This document shows positions 34,743-46,159 of a stretch of DNA of 64,000 nt, one piece after another. The stretch's first letter is position 1; every line of letters begins with the position of its first letter. Source of the DNA: Selaginella moellendorffii (lineage: Eukaryota > Plantae > Lycopodiophyta); contig NW_003314267.1 of NCBI RefSeq assembly GCF_000143415.4, forward strand, positions 3,721,363 through 3,785,362. Direction: 5' to 3'. The translations under genes and the position numbers were made by a program. The notes beneath the pieces are model-generated. The model ran no database searches. It was not told where the DNA came from and saw only the letters and a program-made list of their open reading frames with translations.

Positions 34743-37700
34743 TCAGACTGTTATTTTTTGCCTCCAACGCCTATACAATAATCTTGGAATTTCATCACTC
34801 TCCACACTATCAGGATTTAAACCCAATAGTAATGCCATCTCTTCTCTAATACGTCCACGCTCATGTTCAGTGGTCGAAGAACCCATCCGGTTGAGCAGAT
34901 TATGGAGATGCGGATAGTGTTTGGCTAGACAATATACATGCCATAAATGATGACTGGTGTCTGTCCGATCAAATGGCTTCTGATATACCGTTCCATCTGC
35001 CATTTGGTTGATTTCTGCAGCCACCTCCTGGACTGGCCGGTTCTCTATCACCATCGCTCCAAGCCGTTTTGCAAGGTCCCCCAGAACATACGGTTTCTTC
35101 TCCCTAGTTTCCATACTGCAAGAGATGGGGTGCACTGCATATGTGTGCGTGTTCGCTGCAGTTTTAATCGGCGAGTCATCGATGATGAGGATTTCACTTG
35201 AGCTAGCAGTCCGGTTCATCACTACAGCCTCTGGCTTGACGAAGATGGGCTTGCTACCCCTCACATGGACCATAGTCAAGCAATCCTCCTGCGTTAGGAG
35301 AAAGTCAAATGGTAATATTACTCACGTCTGATCGTGCATCATCTGTAGCAACGTTAATGCATTGTGGCGCATCATGGATGTCCAAACTCCCAATTGCAAA
35401 TTGAACCCGGCCCTCTGTTTTAAGTGTCGCATGGTCATTATTAGATCCCGCAGTTTCTCCCGTGTGATTAATGTGAATCTGTCTCTTTTGACCAACTTGC
35501 GACCGCAGGCTTTGGAGGGTGCAATGACATTCGAGGACGAGCCACGCTCATGGGAGAAAAGGACACCGTTCAGATAAAAAACGATACAGTACCTTCGCCG
35601 TGACTTTGAAATGAAATGCGTCAGCATAAAAAATGGTACAAGTCAATTTTACCATCTACAATATTAGCGAATGTTGCTCCCGATGGTCGTTGAGAGGGTT
35701 TTGGTCGAGGAAACGTGAAGGGCGGAAATACTCTCCTCTGCAATGTGGGGTCAATCGCATCCGATGGCGTGTGGGCACATGCCATTTCAGCTGTAGACTC
35801 TGGTACAACTGGCTCAATAGTGGCATGGGGTGGTTCCGATGGCGTGTGATCACACGCCATTTCAGCTGGTGCCTCCGTTGGCAAAGTGGACATGACCGAA
35901 CAGGCAGCAGGGGCGGTGTAGGGAGGTTCCAACGGCGCGTAGTCAGACGATTGGGCACACGTTGAGTCCGTTGGAAATGAGGATACGACCGGCTCGGCGG
36001 CTGGGGCGGCCTCATGTGGGTCCAATGGCGCTTGGTCACCGTCAGTTGGATACGTGGACAAGATTGACTCAGTGGTATGGGCAGCATCAAGTGGAGCGTG
36101 GTCAGCTTGCTTGGCGTTGATATGGATAGTAGCCTCCACCAGCTCTGATGACTCTTGCAGCCAAGTAGAGTCCACTGGCGGATCCATATGCATGTCCAAA
36201 TATCTCCCTTCGATTGAGATGGTATCCTCCCGTGCTACTAAAAACAAACTCATTAGCACATTGAATCGACTATACTGTATTTACCATCAACTGCTATTGA
36301 GGAACTAGGACCGATATCACTTGGGCACACTGCTGATTCTGAAGGATTGGACATACGTTTCAACCCTTGCTTGGCACTATCCTTCCTCGACACTAAAGGC
36401 TAGAGTTTGTAAATTCAACTGAATAATCTCTACTTACCATTTGCTCTGCGACCTACATGGACAATGTTAGAAATGGTAAAAGGTTAGGAATGGATGTACT
36501 ATTATTTACCTGATGGTTTGTCTTGTATGACCTTCCTCCGCTGCTCTTTGGCCACCTCAGGCTGGCCATCGTCGTCATCATCGTCGTCGTCGTTATTGTG
36601 ATCGTCACCATTGTGAGGACCATCCAAGTCCTCTTCGTCCTCCTCTTCTTCGTCCTCCTCTTCTTTGTCCTCCTCTTCGTCCTTCTGCTCTTCCTGCTCA
36701 TTATCTTTCTCTGGCTCCTCATCCCCCTCCTGCATTTCTTCCATAGGCTGCTCAGGCTGGATGGCTTGTTCTTCCAGGACCATCTTGGGAAAATCATCTG
36801 GCCGAGTCTCCATCTCAAAATACAAGATATCCATAGCCTGTTTTAGTGCGTGACCTAGGACCGTATCCTCACCCGACTGTCTTAACATGGTTTCTGCACG
36901 TTCTTGCACCCTTCCAAGACGACGAGATGAGAAAAACGTGGCCCTGACTTGAAAAGCATCCCTCATCCATTGTACCTCTCCATTGAGATTGGGGAAGGGG
37001 AGTCCGCCATAGGAATCTGAGTCATGAGGTGGTGACTGCCTGCTTTCACTCAGCCCTTGATCTGCAATGAATGGCATGAGCACACACGCCATAACCGCGA
37101 GGCATTACCTATCATCTTTTCGTTGCCCTTCTTCCTTTTCGAATCAAACGCCTCTGATCTCGACGGCTGTCCAACGTGCTTTCGCTTTTTATGACCACTG
37201 TCAGTTTGAGCTTGGCTGGTGCTTGCCTGTTTTGCCTTTGAAGAAGTTTCTCCTGCATGGAATGGCATGAGACCACACGCCATTGCAAATATAATTTGTA
37301 CCTCCTTTTTTCCTATTGCTTGTCTGTTTGTCCTTCTTCGATGCGCCACCAGTGCGCTTTTCAGTCCTCGTGTCTGAATATTCACAACGATCTATAATCA
37401 AAATGGCGTGAGGCCTCACGTGACCTTACCTTGTGCAGGTTGTGAGCTCGGCCCAACATGGGTATCTTCAACAGTAGCTGTTAACGCCGTTTCAGCATCT
37501 GGGGGTGGCCACGTTCCTGCATATAGAGCTTGTGAGATAACATTTAAACTTAAAGTGTGTACTCACCAGGTTCGCAGAGAAGATACTGTTTTTCTTTGGC
37601 AACTGTAATTATATGCTCCATTGAAGTCACCTCTTCAATGGAGTTTGTCACCGCAACACATGGGACACCCTTGAGTAGTGCGGCTCGAAAGAATAGTCCG

Positions 37701-40365
37701 CCGCAGTTGTACTCGACAACGCATTTGCCCTTGGAGTCGGAAGCAGGTGACCCACCCGCTATTGCGTTGAAGACCCAGCTGAGCATTTCCCATGCTGCAC
37801 CTGGAGTTTTCTTTGGATTTGAAAGCTCCATAGCCGTCTTCAGTTCCTCAGGCACGGGTAAATTGACCTCCCTCAGATCAATTCGATTGGCCTTGTCGAA
37901 CGAAGCTGGGAAGTCACTCCAGTCCCACTCTGCTGTAGGACCAATAACAAGGGCGAGTGTGAAGATGCGGACATTCGTCGGTATCTTCTTCTTAGCCATT
38001 ATCCCATGGATCTCCCGCATCTCCTTGCCTTTCAACCGAGCCTTCACCTCGTTCAAGGCCTTCCAGAACTTGTGATAGGATTCGGAGTCGTAGATCATAT
38101 AGTGGACTGAAGATTCCACCTCCGCAAGTCCCACCATTAAGTCAATGATGGAGCTGACTTCGTCTGCATGAGTGATCTCCTCATTTGTGAAGTCCATCAC
38201 ACAAAAGATGTTCTTGACCTGCTCATCTCCGCGGGAAACGATGCTCCTCCACCTTTGATCCTCATCCGAATTCAAGTATACCCGGTAAGGTTCTCGATAG
38301 GCCTCTGCTGCGGGGTCGAGCTGTTTCTGAAGCCGACGGTCGACATCAATCTTAATGAAATTTGGATACTGATCCAACTTCTCAGCTTTACTTTTCGTGG
38401 CATCCCGCAGCAGATCGATGAACTTGGGGGCCCCCTTCACGTACTCGTCGATGTCTTCATTTGACAACTCCAGCGCTTCCATCATCTCTTGCGTGGTGTC
38501 GATGCTCACCCTCTCCACGGCCACTTGCTCGAAGATCCAATCCTTCAATAGCGCACGAGCTCTCAGAGTCGTGCACAAGTCCTCGTATGTCACAATATGG
38601 CCGGGAGTCATTTTGGTCTTGTTGAAGACTACCTCACCACGTAGAAGAGCATTAGCCACTGTCAGAAGGTCGTCGTCGTCTAGAGACCGCGAGAAACGCA
38701 AGGCGTTGAGCTTCAAATCATTGGGCTTCCGGCCGTCCTCCACACCCATTGAGTTTGGCAACTCCCCGTCATGGTACCTCCTCAGCACATCTACCCATTT
38801 GTCAAAAACAACTTTTGTCGCGAGTAGAATGTTATGGATGCTGAGTGTGTCATTGACCCCCAGTGTTTTCGAGAGAAGACTCGAGAATTCCTGCAATGGA
38901 AATGGCGTGAGGCCACATGGTATGCCACATGCAACGAGGCTTACCTGCCAGGCGCTAGTTGCTAGTGCACGTCCTTGTCCTGGTTTTTGTGGCTTCTTCA
39001 GTTGAACCCAGAGCTTCCGTGTTCGTGCCAATGTCTCGTGCAGACCCGATTTGTAGCACGTTTCTTGCTTGACATTCTGCGCGTGGGAGATGTATATGAT
39101 AGATCGGAGGGGCGAGTTGCCTTTTATCAGGCGGACAACTCTTGTCTTGAAGACTTTCTTCACCTCCTCGCCCACCATAATATCCACAACTATCTCTTGC
39201 ATCGCCAAGCTAGAATGCTGCCCGGAGACGGCATAGAACCGGATGTTCTGATCGTCCAACACCTTCCTATTGATCAAGTCTGGAAACCTCGTCTCGCCCT
39301 TCATTGTTCGGTAATAGGGGATCACGTTTGCGATGTCGGGTGTTACTGGACTTGCCAGCATCTTCTGCTTCAGTTTCTCCACCCACTCATCAGATACTAG
39401 CCTGTGGTTGTATTTGCTTTGGATGTCGATACGGCTCACGTCGATTGTATATACTTTGTTGGAATAGTAACAAGTACTATTATCTGCGACGATTTTTGCT
39501 GCCTCTTCTTGCTCTTTCTGCTCTTTCCGGCTCTTCTTTTTGGTGGGTGTAGTGTTCGAACCCGAGGCAATGGCATCACTGAGTAGCTTCTTTTTTGGAG
39601 CAGGAGAGTCGGACGTCGGCTTGAGCTTGACCACCCTTTTCTGCTTCGGGGTAGTTTCCAGATCGACCCCCTTCCCCTTCGCTTTGCGAACTAGAGGCAC
39701 TCTCAACGGCTCAATGTTGGAACATAGTTTTTGAACATCGCCGTAGGTGAGGTCCGTGGATTCCATGTGATCTTCATAGACGCGCAGCATCTTTGAAATT
39801 GTGGGCCTCCTGGACAACCTCTCCCTAGCTCCCTCTAGGAATTCCTCATAGCTGCTGCCCCCCTCCGGGAAGCCGCTAGGATGTGCAAGGTGGATCTTGA
39901 AGGCGGACGCTGTCTCTACCACAAGTGCCAGTCCATATTCTTGCATGGAACTGCATGGAGTGTCTGTCACTTGGATGAGGATCCCCATGCATTCTTTTCT
40001 CCCACCATCTGTGTTGTACAGCCTCAGATCCTCGCCTTCCATCCCGAAAGTCCAACTGGTGAGCTCCTCCCCCTTCTCTGCATCCACATTGACAGTGGCT
40101 GGAAGAAGAACGCAATTCCTCGCCTGTTCAGAAATGCACAACAATTAGAGCTGACAGATGAAAAGCTAGTAGCTGGAAATAACGTGAGGCCACACGCCAT
40201 TCACCACTGCATCAGATGTCTTGAGGCTGCATCCTAAGATGGCGTGAGGCTACACGCCATCTGTAACCGGACTGCACTCAAGAGCCCAATCGGTGCATGC
40301 CAATGTTGCTACTGAATGGCATGTGGCCTCATGCCATTTTCTACTTGGCCTAAAAGACTTACCAT
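34743..40365 (-). CDS. Transposon cargo gene, multi-exon and slightly disrupted: ParB/Srx-like region, degenerate amino-methyltransferase-like region, acidic linker, FCP1/NIF-like domain
   Basis: ATG|GTAAG at 40365; 864-aa open frame 37550..40144 with FYAVSGQHSSLA and KGKCVVEYNCGGLFFRAALLKGVPCVAV. 3' exons give IVFYLNGVL, VWTS, KPIFVK and LIIDDSPIK. There is an in-frame TGA at 35322-35324 and a frameshift near 35625. Domain identities are inferred. Confidence 0.7.
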
Positions 40366-41595
40366 TTGAAGCCGAATGGAGGCGTGACAACCGGACTCGC
40401 TGGCGAATGTGCACTGTGTGTGCAGCGGATCGTAGCAGCAAGGCTACTCTGCCACTTACAGTTGGAGAGTGGCGCTGAAATCTCCCGGGACGCCAAGTGG
40501 GCTGCGTGTGGGTGGCGGAGTGGGCGGCGGAGTTGGCGGCGAAGTTACAAACTGGGTGTGTCTTGAAGTGGACGCCGATGCACACGAGCGCGATGCGAGC
40601 GCGAGTGTGATGCAAGCGCGAGTGGACGCCGATGCACACGAGAAACCTGTAGAGAAGTGGGAGCGCGATGCGAGCGCGAGTGTGCGAGCGCGAGTACGAA
40701 GCAAAATGCAAAACCTAACCTCACACGCGCGAAATGTCACGACGGTTGGTAATCCCGCCACGTCATCATTTCTCGGACTTGGGCGCCACCATTAATTTCT
40801 GGATCAGTGCACGCATGCGTGAAATCCAAAAGAAATCCGCAACGTCATCATTCCTCGGACTGCATGCACGCGAAATCCAAAAGAAAGATCATGATTGGGA
40901 TATCATTTAATACCCTCGCTATATTTATACCATGCATGATTGGATATTCCAAAGCATCTTGTATTTCCAAAAATGCCAGATGTTCAGCTAAATAAATTGT
41001 CAGAGGATTTGATGTGACGTTCAAGCATGTGGGCTCATGCAATTTTGATCCCAAAAAATGCACCAAAAAATGCTCGGCGTCATCTGGCGTTATTTCTTGA
41101 ATGGCGTGGGGCCGCATGCCATTTTCAGGAGCACATAAGAGTATATTCCTAGAATATTCTAACACGCGCGAGATTGTTTTGAGTTTCCTGGAGATCCAAC
41201 CGTTAGATCGCAACTAGATTTTACAGAATGGTATACAATGTCCTTCTTGATGACCCTGCAAAGAAGTATCTCGATCGGACACCACATGAGACCACACGAG
41301 CCTTACAATGTTTCAGGGGCATTTGCCATAGATCCGACCGTTATTTTGCTCCAAGATTCTACAGTTTGGTGTGCATTGACCTTTCCATCGACACTGCAAA
41401 GGGACATCACAATCAAATGCGGGATCACAAGAAACCAACTTCACTAACTCTGGTTTCACCAAGATCTACGTAAGGAGTTATGAAATGAAAGGACCCTCTC
41501 TATTGAAATGTGTTTATGGTCCTAGGGGCATTGTGACATATCAAAGGATTTTGCATCAAGTTCTGTATTTGCTTGTATATCAAGCTACTGAATTG

Positions 41596-41628
41596 CTAAA
41601 CCCTAAACCCTAAACCCTAACCCTAAAC
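41596..41628. repeat. Short plant telomere-type repeat tract
   Basis: CTAAACCCTAAACCCTAAACCCTAACCCTAAAC between the two divergent transposon genes. Confidence 0.75.
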
Positions 41629-42719
41629 ATGTGGCAAATGCTGCGTGAAGAAAGATGCCCTTTCTGGGCAAATGCTGTAAGAGGCAGATTCCGAGCAGAT
41701 GTATCTCAGGCCAGCGAAGGGGACAAACGAAAGCTAGCTATAAACATGACGGGATGCAAATAGATTACTAGGCTGGTCCTGCGAAAATCAAAAACCATAA
41801 TTGAAAACATTGAAAATGCAAAAAGAAAGGTTTATAATATTTTTGAATTTTAAGCAACCAAATGAATGTAAGTAGGGCATGTGTTTGTAAGTTTAAAAAT
41901 GCCTCAACCACTTAAATTCCCAAGTAAATAAAGCTGTTTCTATTTTTGGTACAGGTAAACTTTATAGCGTGTGGGCTCATGCAATTTTGAACCCAAAAAT
42001 GCACCAAAAAATGCTCAACTAGCATTATTCTTTGAATGGCATGTGGCCTTATATTGCCATAAATGGACGTACACACACAACATAATTATTCCTTTACACG
42101 GCGAATAATCTTGGCGCGGATCGCTGACACGGCATGGCAAAGTTCGAATCACTGACATGGCACAGCTGGATCAAGGCAAGGACATGATGTGACAAAGTTC
42201 AACCTCCGACAGCAAAGTCTAGAAGCTACTCAGTTTGAAATTTGTCAGAAGAATCATAAGATCTGGTTTGTCAAAGGATTTGATGTGACGTTCAAGCGTG
42301 TGTTATTTTTGAATTCTCGAACTCATTCCTAGGTCTATCATTTTTGTGCGCCGTGTTCTTGGTTCCGCTGAGCGCAGTGAGCGCTGCTTGTGTAAGCGGC
42401 GTTGTGAGCTGTGGTTTATGCGTCTACAAGCGGTTGCGGCATTGCGAGCGCCATTGCGAGCGGCAGTTTATGCGAGTGGCAGTTTGTGCGAGCGGCGCTA
42501 CGAGCAGTTGCGGTGTTGCGAGCGGCACTGTCTTTGGTGTGGCTATCGCTTCCTCTTGATATTCGGCACTTGTGCTTCCTGGTATGTTCACCATGGAATG
42601 GTTTAGGACCACATTTAGAAATGGCATGAGGCCACATGCCATCTTGGGCCCTTGCAATTTCATGGCTAGCGTATTGTCATGTATGTTTTTTACTTGCCTG
42701 CAGCTGTGTGTATATCAAG

Positions 42720-42911
42720 ATGGCATGAGGCCTCATGCCATCTTTGGCCCCTACTAGCCTATTGCCATATTCCTTTTGCCTTGCTGCAACTGTATATATT
42801 TTTGTATGGGTGACTAGTCACGCACACAAAAATATATACAGTTGCAACAAGGCAAAAGGAATATAGCAACAGGCTAGCAGGGGCCAAAGATAGCGTGAGG
42901 CCTTATGCCAT
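42720..42911. repeat. 192-bp near-perfect palindrome upstream of the transposase
   Basis: Arms are symmetric about GTGACTAGTCAC (42810-42821), and each ends in a copy of the 22-bp motif. Confidence 0.92.
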
Positions 42912-43090
42912 TAGTGGTACCACTAATGGCATGAGCGCTCATGCCAATTTTGTGAATGCGAAATTTCACGTGGGTGTCAATAGCATGTTTGAATAATGGC
43001 ATGTGGCCTCATGCTATTTGGTATGTTATGATTTAGGCCATTCTCCAATCATTTTTTGTATGGTCTTAACTTCTTTTCTGCACTTTCAGA

Positions 43091-46000
43091 ATGGCCTTCA
43101 GGGTTGGGGAAAAGGTTTACATTTTGAATGGTGGGAAGAGAGTTGCAAAAGGCACCCTTGTGTCTATGGATCGGAACTTTGTTATACACTGTCAAAGGCT
43201 TGGGGAAGGCAATGCTGCTGTATTAGTAGAGACTGTCTTCGATGGGAATGTGGTCGCTATTGAACGAGGAGAGATGGTCGTCGGGGTAAATGTTGTTGTT
43301 GCCTTGAAAAATCTGCAGAAGAAAGCAGATGTTGGGGACAGCGCAAGTGCAACGCATGTTCCCTCCGTGGATCTTAAGAACCGTGCTACATGGATTCAGG
43401 CAAAGGTGTTTCTAAACAACCCCGAGGGGGAGGTGGTAGCTGAGGGCTTAGCCACAGTTGTCGATCCAAGAGATGCGGTTGCTAATCAAGAATTGGGCTG
43501 GGATGATATTGGAGTTGCGATTTTAGAGGTTGTTGACACAGAAGAAAACAGTCTGACTATTGGAAGCATTGTGCGGTGGAAATTGAGGCATTTAGTGTTT
43601 GAGAATGTGAAGGATTCACAATCAAACACCACTACAACTGATGACAGAACATCTCTTCATGGGAAAAGAAAGTACACCTTCCTACAGCGCAGCCAAAGGG
43701 ATCTGAGCAACGAACCGAAAAGGCAGAAAATGGCGATGGAGGTTCGAATGGTCTCGACAGTTGCTTGTTGCAAGAGGAGGTGCTGTCAACATGCTAATTG
43801 GGATGCTATTGAAGAGGAGAGAGCAAGATACAAGACATTGTCCTGGAAGGCAGCTCGCAATTTTGTATATGAGGCATTACGGTCATCTGTTGATGCTTCA
43901 GAACATCAGGTGGGGGGCATGGTCTTCCAGAGGGGTTTGGTCTGCATGAAGGCATGGAGAATCATTTATAGAGTCCCTCGAAGCACATTCTACAGAATCA
44001 AAACTGAGTTCGAGGAACAAAGGGTTCAACAGGCAGTCCATGGGAACGACGGTACGCACAAAACCAGGGGTCATGTTGTATATGGAGAGGCAATCTTCAA
44101 GAGGTTTGTCGAGACATGTAGCGAGCAGCAACCACATAAAACCCGCCTCTTGGAAGATGGAACACGAGACACCCAACGAGTTCTCCCTTCCATGTATACC
44201 AAGGGGGCCATATTGGAAGATGTGAATCGGGAACTCCAGAGTAATGGCTACAGGAAGCTGAGCCAATCTAGATTTAGTAGATTGTGGAGCAACAGGTTCA
44301 GGGATGTGAGTATAGGAAAGTACTCCAGCTTTTCAAAGTGTGACGAGTGCACTGCTATCAAAATGGCTTTGTCGAAGAATTCTTGCAGCGCTCAAGAGTG
44401 AGATACGTTGGTTAGAAGGCGGCTCGACCACAACATTGAGCAGAGAAGCTGCAGGACTGCATATTATCATAACAGGATTCTCTCCATGGAGAGACCTGAC
44501 TCTTACCTCTGCATCATCCACGACAAAATGGACCAGAAAAAGACGTGCTTACCTCGACTCAATCCTGCCCCCAAGGCAATCTCTTCATCCATGCAGCTGC
44601 CTGTGTCTCTGTTTGGCATAATCGCTCATGGGCATGGTGCCCAGAACTATGGGAACTTCTTTGTACCTCTATGGGGTGGCGGGGGTGCAAACATGATGAT
44701 TGCGTCCCTAGCAAAACACTTAAGGTCTCTGCAAAGTGCGCAGACTGAGCTGAACGGCCAACCCTTGCATAAGGCCCTTGTCGATCGAACCCCATACAGG
44801 GTTCAGCTGGAGGAGGAGCAAAGGCTTGCAGTATCGCGTGGGGCCCCATGCCATCCCAGTGAATATGTTGGCCGTCAGATTGTAGGGTTATCACGTGAGG
44901 CCTCATGCCATTCCGACGAGGCTGGTCGCCCGGTGAATGCACAGCCTCATCCAAACGAAGCAGAATCTCAAGGAAGTTCTTGCAGCCGATGTGGCCTTCC
45001 ACCCCATCTTCTGCTCCAAATAGACAATGCTGGCAGTGAGAACAAAAACATGTACGTCTTCGCGTACTTGGCGATGCTTGTTGCCAAAGGCATATTTGAA
45101 ACGGTTACACTTGGCTTTCTCATGGTTGGGCACACTCATGAAGACGTCGATGCCATGTTCAGTCACCTGGCAGAGTCCCTCCGGCGATCCAATGTCCTCA
45201 CCCTCCCACAACTCTACGATGAATTCCAAAATTGCATCAAAGGCACTGTTGAAGCTGCACTTGTGACAGAGGTTCCAGACTTTAAGGGGTTTGTAAGAGG
45301 CTACATCAGGGACGGATTCGAAACGCTGATTGGCCACTCCAAGCCTCTTCAGTTTCATTTCAGCATGCGTGACGGTGCTCCAGTGATGAGGTACAAGATG
45401 AGAGAATGGGACACAGTGTGGCTGCCAGTGGATGGCATTGAACTCTTCAAGAGAGATCCCATAACTGGGGAACCTATGATTCCTCAGGGTTCCCCATGGC
45501 CGATGCACCCGGATGGACTCAAAGACCAGGAAAGTATAGTGGCCGGGATTAGACAGCATATTGCCTTCTGGAAGAGGGGGTTGGTGTTTGGTGGAGAATC
45601 CTATTTTAAGAGGTGCAAGCCTTTGCTCGAATACTGGGAGAAGATTATATCTGCTATTCAAAATGGGCTGGTTGTATATGAAGAATTGGAAGAGTCCTTT
45701 TGGCTAGAACCCAGAGCACTAGATAGTAGCGGAACAATGTCCTCTGGAAATGCAGTGACAAATAACGATGTTGAGGATCACTATTGTGGGCCGAGGAACA
45801 AGAAGCCAGATTCAGCATTCAATCCAGTACAGGTCTGCAAAGGAATGGTCGTGCTTGTCAAACCCAGTAATAAAAAACAAATGATATGGGTGGGGCGCTG
45901 CATCACTGATGCAGAGGAGGACGGGGAAACTAACTCCTTCAATGTAACTGTGGAGTGGTTCAAGCCAAGTTCCGGATATACGAAGGATTGCCTAGAAAAG

Positions 46001-46159
46001 AGATGGGTGCTGAATCCAAGGGATCCCAGCATGAGCATATCGGTGGATAATGTTGTGCATGGTTGGATGCAGAAGCAGAGTGCCACCATCACCTTGCCAG
46101 ACCATGCAAGAGATGCAGCAAGAGCATTCATAACCCGGGTTCAAGGTGAGATTCATTAA
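43091..46159 (+). CDS. Sola-like DDD transposase (~1020 codons) interrupted by one in-frame TGA
   Basis: ORFs 43091..44401 and 44408..46159 are in the same frame. Motifs: CCKRRCC, VCMKAW, HGN, FSKCDEC, IHDKMDQKK..LP, LQIDNAGSENKN, FLMVGHTHEDVDAMFS. Confidence 0.85.

Noticed and set aside
44399-44401. Programmed read-through or selenocysteine at the transposase TGA
   Set aside because: A CGA>TGA deamination is simpler; similar in-frame TGAs occur at 35322 and 24425.
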